This document shows positions 31,419-40,060 of a stretch of DNA of 64,000 nucleotides, in pieces; positions within the stretch are counted from its first letter, which is position 1; the number at the start of each line of letters is the position of its first letter. The position numbers and the translations under genes are program-made. This stretch comes from Marinifilum sp. (GTDB taxonomy: Bacteria > Bacteroidota > Bacteroidia > Bacteroidales > Marinifilaceae), in NCBI RefSeq assembly GCF_965230805.1, contig NZ_OZ246019.1, positions 4,581,941-4,645,940 on the forward strand, written 5' to 3'. The notes under the pieces were generated by a model, which was not told the DNA's origin, did no database searches, and worked only from the letters and a program-made list of their open reading frames with translations.

Positions 31419-31687
31419 TAACGTGAGTTCGACGTAAAATTCGTTCACAGTTTACACTGATTTTGAGTAGAAATTTTCTCAGATTTTCGAAGGAATATCG
31501 GGATATTTCAAGAAGATTTGAGGAAATTTATGCCGAAAGCAGGCAAACACATAATGGAAAGTTCTCTTTACGACATCTTCACATTAAAAATTCCTCTAAA
31601 TAGCCCGCTATTCTTTCCAAATTTTTAATGCAAATCTATCCCAAATATAACTTTCTGTGGATAGAATTTTACGTCGAACTCACGTTA
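31419..31687. mobile_element. MITE-like element, copy 2 (269 bp, 24-bp perfect TIRs)
   Basis: Same TIRs as copy 1 and about 96.7% identity (9 substitutions in 269 nt). Confidence 0.75.
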
Positions 31688-31890
31688 ATTTAGGCTACAG
31701 GAGGGTGTTTTTTGCTACAGGCGCCTCCTTTTCGCTACAGGAGGGTAATTTAGGCTACAGGCGCCTCCTTTTCGCTACAGGAGGTGTAAATTCGGCTACA
31801 GGCGACTTATTTTCGCTACAGACGTATCAAATATCGCTACAGGAATACCTAAATTGGCTACAGGCGATATATTTTGGCTACAGGCCTAAA
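31688..31890 (+). repeat. Phased array of ten GCTACAGG motifs (20-21 bp period)
   Basis: Motif starts at 31694, 31714, 31734, 31754, 31774, 31795, 31815 (GCTACAGA), 31836, 31857 and 31877. The first five units alternate AGGGT... and CGCCTCCTTTTC fillers, giving a ~40-bp higher-order unit. Confidence 0.9.
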
Positions 31891-31915
31891 CCAGACACTT
31901 ACAATTCACACCAAT

Positions 31916-31949
31916 AAAAAAGCCTCATGATAAACTCATAAGGCTTTTT
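31916..31949. terminator. Bidirectional-looking terminator after ferritin
   Basis: aaaaaagcctcatga-taaac-tcataaggcttttt: a stem flanked by an A-run and a T-run. Confidence 0.6.
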
Positions 31950-31967
31950 GTATGCTAAGTAAGTATC

Positions 31968-32477
31968 TTATTCTGCCGGAGCAACAAAAGATCTTGCTTT
32001 AAATTCTTTGTCCATCATATAAAGACCATGTCCTTTCCCTTCGAACATTCTTAATTGGTCAAGAATTTCGGTAACACCAGCTTCTTCCTCTACTTGCTCA
32101 TCAACGAACCATTGCAAAAGATTAACTGTTGCATGATCTTTTTCGGCAATAGCAACATTTACACATTCGTGAATCAAACTGGTTACTTTTTCTTCGTGAG
32201 CTAAAGTTTCTTCAAAAACGTTTACCACACCATCCCATTCCGAAGGAACTTCCGGAATTGGCTTTAGGATAACACGTCCGCCACGTTCATTAATATAGTC
32301 TAACATTTTCATTGCGTGGAAAGTTTCCTCTTCGAACTGAACTTTCATCCAGTTAGCGAAACCAGGCATTCCGTTCGCATTAAAATAGTTCGACATGGAT
32401 AGGTAAAAGTAAGCCGACCAAAATTCTTCATTAATCTGCTCATTTAAAATCTTTTCTACATTTTTATTGATTGCCAT
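31968..32477 (-). CDS. ftnA: Ferritin (non-heme, bacterial Ftn type)
   Basis: LNEQINEEFWSAYFYLSMSNYF..., FEEETFHAMKMLDYINERGG, ferroxidase-centre Glu/His pattern. Confidence 0.9.
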   Translation of the reverse strand: MAINKNVEKILNEQINEEFWSAYFYLSMSNYFNANGMPGFANWMKVQFEEETFHAMKMLDYINERGGRVILKPIPEVPSEWDGVVNVFEETLAHEEKVTSLIHECVNVAIAEKDHATVNLLQWFVDEQVEEEAGVTEILDQLRMFEGKGHGLYMMDKEFKARSFVAPAE

Positions 32478-32741
32478 AATGTATAATCTTTTTTGTGTTT
32501 TGTAAATCTATACCAAAAATAGAAATAAATCAGAGAAACAGCAGTGAAAGCTAATGTAAATTGATTCTAATTTATTCCATATATTTCTCTTTAATTCTTT
32601 TCATACAATAAACACAAAATGATGTGTTTTGTTTCGAAAAATATTCCATTTACCTAAAATATTATTTACCCACATTGTACTATTAGCCAATCACATTAAT
32701 GATTTCTAGCTAGAAACAAGGTTATATTTGAGCGTTAATCA

Positions 32742-32939
32742 TCAATCGGGTATATAAATAATCTCGCCATTTTCCATTTGGTATGCCGTACCTACTCTTT
32801 TCCCTTTACTTCCCGAGCCTTTTTGATCAGAAGCTTTATAAGTTTCAATTTTTTCACCTTTTTTGGTTATGATTTCCATTTGTTCCGAACCTGGATTTTT
32901 AACCATCGTAAAGTCTTCCTTCGAAAACATCTCTGTCAT
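32742..32939 (-). CDS. Small hypothetical protein (65 aa)
   Basis: ATG at 32939 (MTEMFSKEDFTMVKNPG...). No family recognised. Confidence 0.3.
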   Translation of the reverse strand: MTEMFSKEDFTMVKNPGSEQMEIITKKGEKIETYKASDQKGSGSKGKRVGTAYQMENGEIIYIPD

Positions 32940-33088
32940 TTTATATCTGGCCACCAAACAATGTAAGTAAGGTCTTGTTTTACTCACAACCACCAAATGT
33001 TATGATTTTTAGATTAAAAAACACTCACCAAAGAGCAGCTTAAACTGCTTGAGGTGAGTATCGAATTAATAGCAAAAGAAAGTCTTTA

Positions 33089-33475
33089 TTATCCAACTAA
33101 CTTTGAATTTAAGTAATCACTATTGATACCCTTACGTTTAATATACCTGTCGTATTGCTGATTTCTGGCATAACCAAGCATAATACCAAGAATAAAATCT
33201 TGTTCGTCCGTAAAGTCAGATAATGATTTATCTCCAAAGGATTTTACAATTTTAATGCAATCTTCTGTTCCAAAAAATACATTTATCTTGTTTGCGCTAA
33301 CAGTTTGAAGAAAATAACTGATCCCCTTTCGTTGCAATAAATTTTCAGTTTTCTCTTTTTCACTGCTGTTCATAGTGTGCAAAACCAAACTTCTTAATCC
33401 TTTGTTGTATTCATAAACATGATGAATCAATATCTGCATATCAGCAGTCTTATAATCCGAACAAGTTAGTTTCAT
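33089..33475 (-). CDS. DUF2023-family protein
   Basis: ILIHHVYEYNKGLRSLVLHT... Lies immediately downstream of flavodoxin, a pairing I recall as typical in Bacteroidota. Confidence 0.55.
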   Translation of the reverse strand: MKLTCSDYKTADMQILIHHVYEYNKGLRSLVLHTMNSSEKEKTENLLQRKGISYFLQTVSANKINVFFGTEDCIKIVKSFGDKSLSDFTDEQDFILGIMLGYARNQQYDRYIKRKGINSDYLNSKLVG

Positions 33476-33481
33476 TGTATA

Positions 33482-33988
33482 TTAGTTAAATTGATTCTTA
33501 AGTTCCGCAACCCACTCACTCACTCTGGCTTCAGTTTGATCATCCTGATTTTCAAGATCCAAAGCCAAACCTACCAACTTGCCATCTTTTTCAGCTTTTG
33601 AAGCATCATATTCATATCCATCGGTTGAGGTTTCACCAACTAATTCACAATTTTTGTTATCCAAAGCTTCATAAATCTCGCCCATTCCATCAACAAAAGA
33701 ATCTGAATAAGAATATTGGTCACCTAAACCAAATAAAGCCACTTTTTTTCCATTCAAATTGGCATTCGAAATTTCTGTTAAAAACCCTTCAAAATCGTCC
33801 TGTAAATCTCCAATACCCCAAGTTGATGTACCGAAAATGATATTGGTGAATTTCTCAATATCACCAGCTTTGGCATCTGCAACATCAAAGGTTGTTGCGT
33901 TATCTGCGCCAAGCTTAGCTTGTATCTGTTTAGCCACTGTTTCTGTATTTCCGGTTGATGAACCGTAAAAAATTCCGATGTTTTGCAT
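33482..33988 (-). CDS. fldA: Long-chain flavodoxin
   Basis: MQNIGIFYGSSTGNTETVAKQI, GTSTWGIGDLQDDF, LFGLGDQYSYSDSFVDGMG. Confidence 0.9.
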   Translation of the reverse strand: MQNIGIFYGSSTGNTETVAKQIQAKLGADNATTFDVADAKAGDIEKFTNIIFGTSTWGIGDLQDDFEGFLTEISNANLNGKKVALFGLGDQYSYSDSFVDGMGEIYEALDNKNCELVGETSTDGYEYDASKAEKDGKLVGLALDLENQDDQTEARVSEWVAELKNQFN

Positions 33989-34292
33989 TTTGTTCTTTAT
34001 TTAGATTAATTATACGGACAAAAGTAGGAGCCAAAATCTTCACAATCAATCGCTATTTATTGTGATTTTATCAGTACCAGAGGGTTCAGTAATTTATAAA
34101 CCCTTCTTACTCAATCAAATCTTGAATAAACCTGACGTTTTGTTGGTGGATCTTTTCAATCGAACTTATATGATTTACTTAAATGCAATGCCTAAATATC
34201 ATTAGCAAATAATATTGGTCATTGCTGCAGTTTTATCTATTTTTAGTACTCCGCAAAAGGAGTGCGGAGCTTAATCTCTAAAAACATTACTT

Positions 34293-35903
34293 ATGGATCC
34301 GGTATGGTTAGCTATTGCGTTTGGTTTAGGACTTTTGGTCAAATTAATTGGATTGCCACCTTTGGTAGGCTATCTCTTAGCTGGTTTTACATTAAAATAT
34401 TTTGGCGCAGAATCTGATGATTTAATTCAAAGTATTTCGGATCTGGGTATCACCCTACTCCTTTTCACCATAGGATTGAAACTGAGGATTAAGGATCTCT
34501 TGCACCGCGAAATTTGGGGAGGTGCATCCATACATATGCTATTGGTAACACTGTTAATGGCGGTTATTCTATTCGGCCTGAGTTTTAGCTCGCTACAAAT
34601 TTTTACTGACTTTACCTGGCAACAAGCCTTAATCATTGGCTTTGCACTTAGCTTTTCAAGCACCATTTATGCAGTTAAAATTCTGGAAGAGAAAAGCGAG
34701 ATGAAATCTGCTTATGGAGTGTTGTCAATTGGTATTTTGATTATACAAGATATTTTTGCTGTACTTTATATTGTTTTGGTTGCAGGAAAGCTACCAAGCT
34801 ATTGGGCCATTGGCTTACCAGTTTTGTTCGTGGTAATCCGCCCTGTTTTATTATTAATCCTAGAAAAAATAGGACATGGCGAAATTCTCGTTTTGTACGG
34901 TTTTTTTCTGGCTTTTATAATTGGTGCAGAGCTTTTTAAATTTGTTGGATTAAAAGCTGATTTGGGAGCATTAATTGTTGGTATTCTTATATCAAATCAC
35001 AAGAAAGCAAAGGAATTGGCAGATTCTTTAATGAATTTCAAGGACATCTTTCTAATCGGATTCTTTTTGTCGATTGGTTTAATCGGATTGCCAAGCCTGC
35101 AAGTTTTGGTTCTCTCATGTGTTCTTGCAATAGTTGTTAACTTTAAAGTAATACTCTATTTTCTTGTTTTAACTCGATTTAGAGTTCGTGCAAGAACCTC
35201 GGTATTTACCTCTTTGGCTCTTGCCAATTATAGTGAATTCGGTTTAATTGTGGCTTCCATTGCGCTAGGAAAAGGCCTGATTCCTTCAGATTGGCTGGTT
35301 GCTATTGCCATAGCTGTAGCCATTACTTTTATCATTTCATCTCCGCTAAACTCCAATGCTCATAAAATTTACTATGGCATCCGAAAATATCTAAAATCAT
35401 TCGAAACAGAGAAACGATTGGTTTACGATAAAGCTTTTGATATTGGTGGAGCCGAAATTCTTGTTTTTGGTATGGGAAAACTCGGAGTGGCGGTTTACGA
35501 TCAGTTGAACCAGACTTATGGCAGAAAAGTTTTGGGACTTGATTATAACTTTGATGTGGTTCAAAGATTGAAAAAAGAAGGCAAAAATATACAGCAAGAT
35601 GATGCTGCCGATAGTGAATTTTGGGAGAAAATATTCGAGAAATCAAACCATCAAAATGTGCGTTTGGTTATGCTTTGCATGAACGATCACCAGTCTAATC
35701 TCTTTGCAATTGAAAGATTGAAAAAGACCAGCTACAAAGGAAATATTGCTACCATTGCCCGATTCGAAGACGAACGCCGTCAGCTCGAAAAAATGAATGT
35801 AGATGCTGTTTACGACATCTACTCAGAGGCTGGTTATGGTTTTGCCAATCATGTTTGTCACCAAATTGATATTGGTTGTGAGATCAAAAAACCAATGTGG
35901 TAA
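34293..35903 (+). CDS. CPA2-family cation:proton antiporter with C-terminal RCK/TrkA-N domain (Kef/YbaL-like)
   Basis: About 11 TM helices beginning LPPLVGYLLAGFTLKYFG. C-terminal Rossmann motif ILVFGMGKLGVAVYDQL. Confidence 0.8.
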   Translation: MDPVWLAIAFGLGLLVKLIGLPPLVGYLLAGFTLKYFGAESDDLIQSISDLGITLLLFTIGLKLRIKDLLHREIWGGASIHMLLVTLLMAVILFGLSFSSLQIFTDFTWQQALIIGFALSFSSTIYAVKILEEKSEMKSAYGVLSIGILIIQDIFAVLYIVLVAGKLPSYWAIGLPVLFVVIRPVLLLILEKIGHGEILVLYGFFLAFIIGAELFKFVGLKADLGALIVGILISNHKKAKELADSLMNFKDIFLIGFFLSIGLIGLPSLQVLVLSCVLAIVVNFKVILYFLVLTRFRVRARTSVFTSLALANYSEFGLIVASIALGKGLIPSDWLVAIAIAVAITFIISSPLNSNAHKIYYGIRKYLKSFETEKRLVYDKAFDIGGAEILVFGMGKLGVAVYDQLNQTYGRKVLGLDYNFDVVQRLKKEGKNIQQDDAADSEFWEKIFEKSNHQNVRLVMLCMNDHQSNLFAIERLKKTSYKGNIATIARFEDERRQLEKMNVDAVYDIYSEAGYGFANHVCHQIDIGCEIKKPMW

Positions 35904-36107
35904 GCAATTATTTACAGGTTGGTGTTGTTAAGTACATAGTGAAAAGAAGAGCATTTAAACCTTAAGGTTAACGAATCAATTAAATAGACATATAGCGGTT
36001 TGTTGAATCTTTTATTCAAAAAAATATCATTTTCTAAATCCTACTGACATAAGGCTGTCACTACTGTCATTTAGCTTTGAGGTATTGTTAATTTAAAATT
36101 GGAGATT

Positions 36108-36566
36108 ATGAAACGAGTAACAGCACCTGAAATGACAGTCATCTCGAAAGATGTAAGAACTACTTTTAAAGATTTAATGAAGAACATTGAGGATTTTCCA
36201 AAGCAAATTGTAACAGAGGCTGTAAAAGCCGGATTGCACCCTACAGGGCCACAATGCTGGGTTTACACCTGGGAATCCTGTGATATGGAAGCTGAATTTA
36301 ACTTGAAAATTTGTTTGCCGGTAGCTACATTTGGCAAGTCTTTTTCAAGCAATAAATTCAAACTCGAAAAACTAGAAAAGTACAATCATGTGAAGAAAAC
36401 ACATTTGGGTTCTTGGGAGAAATTAATGGATTCATACGAAATCTTAACAGAGGAAATGAAAGCTGAAAATGTTACAGCCGAACAATCATGTCGTGAATTG
36501 TATATCAATTGCGATTTTGATAATCCTGCGAATAATATTACCGAAATTCAGTTTCAAGTAAAGTAA
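36108..36566 (+). CDS. GyrI-like small-molecule-binding domain protein
   Basis: About 150 aa with a pattern (VISKDVRTTF...GPQCWVYTWESCD...ELYINCDFDNP) resembling AraC-effector/GyrI-like domains. ATG at 36108 is preceded by GGAG. Confidence 0.5.
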   Translation: MKRVTAPEMTVISKDVRTTFKDLMKNIEDFPKQIVTEAVKAGLHPTGPQCWVYTWESCDMEAEFNLKICLPVATFGKSFSSNKFKLEKLEKYNHVKKTHLGSWEKLMDSYEILTEEMKAENVTAEQSCRELYINCDFDNPANNITEIQFQVK

Positions 36567-36590
36567 GTACTTTTAGGAGTATTGTTTTGA

Positions 36591-37598
36591 TTGAAGACAA
36601 TACTCCTTATTTCATCTTTAATCAGTAAGTTGAAAGTTTTGAACAGAACCGACAGATTACAAGCAATATTAACACAACTGCAAAGTAAAAAAATTGTAAA
36701 AGCGCAGGAAATAGCCGATAGGTTCGACATTAGCCTTAGAACCGTTTACCGGGATATTCGTGCTCTTGAAGAAGGCGGAGTTCCTATTGGTGCCGAGGCT
36801 GGTGTAGGTTATTTTATTGACGATAGTTACTCACTGCCGCCCATCATGTTAACAACCCAAGAGGCCTCAGCCATTTTGATTGCCGGAAAGTTGATTCCTC
36901 ACACTTCCGATAAAAAGCTTGATGATGCCTTTCAGGCTGCCCTGTATAAAATTAAATCGGTTATGAATGCTGATGACAAAGAGATATTGGAAAAACTCGA
37001 AAATTCGGTCAAGGTATATACTGGCATGAGCGAAATTCCTCGGAAAGATTCAATTTACCTTCAGGATATTCAGCAAGCTTTGGTAAAATCAAGAGTTCTA
37101 TTGCTAAGTTATTTCTCACATTACAAACAAGAACACTCCATGCGCGAAGTAGAGCCCGTTGGCTTACTTTTTTATGCCTTAAACTGGCATTTAATTGCAT
37201 ACTGCCGACTGCGTAAGGATTATCGTGACTTTCGACTCGATCGCATAACCAATCTCGAACTTAAGAAAGAGACCTGTCATCGTAAATTGGATAAAGCTTT
37301 TGATGAATATCTGCAAAGAGAAAGAGAGCAATATCAATACTTTGAAATAGAGATTAAAGTGGAACAAAATTTGGCATCGTGGATAAACGAGACTAAATAT
37401 TGGTATGGATATGTAAGCGAAAAAAAAGTAGGTGATTACATTCGAATGAAGTTTTTAAATCCAGACCTGCATGGTTTTGCTAAATGGATTTTAACCATGA
37501 CAAATGAGATTGAAATTGTATCTCCAGCCAAATTAAACGACATATACCACAATCTAGTTATTAAGTTATTCGAAAAATACAAGAAGCATTTGCCTTAA
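36591..37598 (+). CDS. YafY-family transcriptional regulator (HTH_11 + WYL domain)
   Basis: NRTDRLQAILTQLQSKKIVKAQEIADRFDISLRTVYRDIRALEEGGVPI, then the WYL region REVEPVGLLFYALNWHLIAYCRLRKDYRDFRLDRI. All candidate starts are TTG (36591, 36630, 36639), so the true start is uncertain. Confidence 0.8.
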   Translation: MKTILLISSLISKLKVLNRTDRLQAILTQLQSKKIVKAQEIADRFDISLRTVYRDIRALEEGGVPIGAEAGVGYFIDDSYSLPPIMLTTQEASAILIAGKLIPHTSDKKLDDAFQAALYKIKSVMNADDKEILEKLENSVKVYTGMSEIPRKDSIYLQDIQQALVKSRVLLLSYFSHYKQEHSMREVEPVGLLFYALNWHLIAYCRLRKDYRDFRLDRITNLELKKETCHRKLDKAFDEYLQREREQYQYFEIEIKVEQNLASWINETKYWYGYVSEKKVGDYIRMKFLNPDLHGFAKWILTMTNEIEIVSPAKLNDIYHNLVIKLFEKYKKHLP

Positions 37599-37926
37599 CC
37601 TAAGTCATGATTTTCCCATAATTTTTTTTACATCATCAAACTGCTTGCGAAACGAGCATGATTAAAATAATTATCAAACACACATGATTATTTTGATCTT
37701 GCGGTTTTCTTCCAACAAATAAAAAAGATATAAACAGACGATTGATCTTCTTATTAAAAAGCATCTGCCCACTCATTTTTAAAAGTTAATGAGTATCAGC
37801 AAGTACTGATTACAAACAGCACTTGTAAAATAATTTTAACTTGCTACTACACCTTAATCTTTTTAATTTTAAGTGCTTAGCTTTATACAGATGAATAAAT
37901 AAAGCCATTTATTAAAATAAAATCAT

Positions 37927-38850
37927 ATGCCTAAAACTTATGTAGAAAAATCGATAACAATTGCGGCTAGCAGCGATAAAGTTAAAAGCATTATTGCTGA
38001 TTTCAATCATTGGAAAGCCTGGTCGCCTTGGTTTATTTTGGAACCCGACGCAAATGATACCATATCCGATAATGGAAAATCCCACGAATGGGATGGAAAA
38101 AGAATTGGATCAGGAATGATTAAAGTTGTTGCCGAAGAAGAATCCGTAATTAAATACGCTCTCACGTTTTTAAAACCTTGGAAATCGAAGTCTAAATCCG
38201 ATTTTATTCTTGAAAAGCTGAACGACAACAGTACCAAACTAAGCTGGACTATGGAAGGGACTCTCCCATTTTTCATGTTTTGGATGAAAACCATGATGGA
38301 GCGCCTAATTGGAATGGATTACAATCGAGGGTTATTGATGTTGAAAGATTATATCGAAAAAGGACAGGTTGATGCAAAGCTCGAATTCCTCGGCGAATCG
38401 CAATTTGAAGGCTGCAATTTTGTTGGTGTTAAAAGCACATGCACCATCGATAATATTGGTGAAGTAATGGAAGCTGATTTTAAAAAGCTGACAGACTTTG
38501 CTAAAGAAAATGAGAATATTGTTACCTGCGATTGGTTCTCGGTATATCACAAATTCGATTTTAACCGGAATAAAGTAGTTTATACCAGTGGTGTAGGAAT
38601 CAAATCAGACCCGAGTGAAATACCTGCCGGAATGTTTAAAGGAAACCTGCCTGCCACCAAAGTGCATACGGTAAGGCATATCGGATCCTACGAGTTATCG
38701 GGTAATGCCTGGAGTGCAATTATGGCTATGGAAAGAGCCAAAGAGTTTAAGCAGAACAAGAAAATTCCTCCTATGGAGTTCTATCGCAATAGTCCGATGG
38801 AAACCGAGCCTAAGGATTTGATCTCGGATGTATGCATAGCAGTAAAGTAA
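37927..38850 (+). CDS. SRPBCC-domain + GyrI-like domain fusion protein
   Basis: N-terminal KSITIAASSDKVKSIIADFNHWKAWSPW (SRPBCC/polyketide-cyclase-like). The C-terminal half resembles GyrI-like effector-binding domains. Confidence 0.5.
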   Translation: MPKTYVEKSITIAASSDKVKSIIADFNHWKAWSPWFILEPDANDTISDNGKSHEWDGKRIGSGMIKVVAEEESVIKYALTFLKPWKSKSKSDFILEKLNDNSTKLSWTMEGTLPFFMFWMKTMMERLIGMDYNRGLLMLKDYIEKGQVDAKLEFLGESQFEGCNFVGVKSTCTIDNIGEVMEADFKKLTDFAKENENIVTCDWFSVYHKFDFNRNKVVYTSGVGIKSDPSEIPAGMFKGNLPATKVHTVRHIGSYELSGNAWSAIMAMERAKEFKQNKKIPPMEFYRNSPMETEPKDLISDVCIAVK

Positions 38851-38903
38851 ATATTTATAGGCCATAAATAGATGCCAGGGATAAAACCACTTTATATCCC
38901 TGG

Positions 38904-39462
38904 CATTCTTATTTCTGCATCGCTAGTCCTGATTTGCAATCAGGGCGTTGGGAGCTTAGGATTTTAACCCGAAAAATTTAGCTCTGCAAAAGGGATCCAC
39001 AAATTCTAACGAGTTTGGCATCTTCGCTTAGAGTGATCCTATAATTTAAAAAGGGGCGCTAGCCCTGATATCCAAAAAACAGATTTTGTAATGGAATCAT
39101 AAACAGATGTCGGGACTAAGGCTCCTTTCTATGACTGACATTCTTATTTCTACATCGCTAGTCCTGATTTGCAATCAGGGCGTTGGGAGCTTAGGATTTT
39201 AATCCGAAAAATTTAGCTCTGCAAAAGGGATCCACAAATTCTAACGGGTTTGGCATCTTCGCTTAGAGTGATCCTATAATTTAAAAAGGAGCGCTAGCCC
39301 TGATATCCAAAAAACAGATTTTGTAATGGAATCATAAACAGATGTCGGGACTAAGGCTCCTTTCTATGACTGACATTCTTATTTCTACATCGCTAGTCCT
39401 GATTTGCAATCAGGGCGTTGGGAGCTTAGGATTTTAATCCAAAAAATTTAGATCTGCAAAAG
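38904..39462 (+). repeat. Tandem repeat: 2.4 copies of a 235-bp unit
   Basis: Units at 38904-39138, 39139-39373 and 39374-39462 (partial). Units 1 and 2 differ at about 4 positions. Each carries the 87-bp core that also occurs, inverted, at 50755-50841 and 51236-51322. Confidence 0.9.
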
Positions 39463-39552
39463 ATTTCTCATTAACCGATTGTTTAAAATCAGCAGGCTAC
39501 TTGTACCATCAAAAAACGCATATTGTACTTCTTTTTAATGGTATAAGCTCAG

Positions 39553-39585
39553 CAAAAAAAACAGCCACCGTTTAGGTAGCTGTTC
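39553..39585 (-). terminator. Rho-independent terminator after hup
   Basis: Minus strand: ACAGCTACC-TAAAC-GGTGGCTGT followed by T8. Confidence 0.8.
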
Positions 39586-39604
39586 TATGCTTGTAAAATG
39601 CAAT

Positions 39605-39877
39605 CTAGTTTACTGCTTCGTCAATCGCTTTTCCCGGTTTGAATTTAACCACTTTCTTTGCAGCGATTTGAATCTCTTGACCTGTTGCTGGGTTTCTACC
39701 CACTCTGGCAGCTCTTTCTGACACTGAAAATGTACCAAATCCAACCAACTGCGCATTTTCTCCTTGTGCCAATGATTCCTTAATTGAATCTGTAAATGCA
39801 TTTAATGCTTTTTCGCTATCCGCTTTCGACAATTCCGTCTTTTCAGCAATTGCTGAAATCAATTCTTGCTTGTTCAT
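39605..39877 (-). CDS. hup: Histone-like DNA-binding protein HU
   Basis: MNKQELISAIAEKTELSKADSEKALNAFTDSIKESLAQGENAQLVGFGTFSVSERAARVGRNPATGQEIQIAAKKVVKFKPGKA, the canonical HU/IHF fold. Confidence 0.92.
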   Translation of the reverse strand: MNKQELISAIAEKTELSKADSEKALNAFTDSIKESLAQGENAQLVGFGTFSVSERAARVGRNPATGQEIQIAAKKVVKFKPGKAIDEAVN

Positions 39878-40060
39878 ATAATTTTTATTTTTAGAGGCGG
39901 GAAAATAATAAAAAATCTACAGATTGAGCGATTTTGTTGATATTTCTTAATACAAAAATAACACAACAAATAAACAGTATATTAGTTTTCATTACACCAA
40001 ATCAAATTAGCCCAAAAATCATCAATAAATATAGCTGTGAATTTCAGGCACTTCCATTAT

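Noticed and set aside
31657-31917. An 86-aa plus-strand ORF (LGYRR...FATG... repeats).
   Set aside because: It is a translation of the GCTACAGG tandem array. It starts inside the MITE terminal inverted repeat and has a periodic, low-complexity sequence.
38928-38944. A tRNA-like anticodon arm: CCTGA-TTTGCAA-TCAGG, or on the other strand a TTGCAAA loop with a GCA anticodon. It is present in every copy of the 87-bp repeat core.
   Set aside because: No acceptor, D or T arm (GGTTCGAATCC-type) could be built around it. It is probably just a hairpin of the repeat family, and no tRNA gene was found anywhere in the window.
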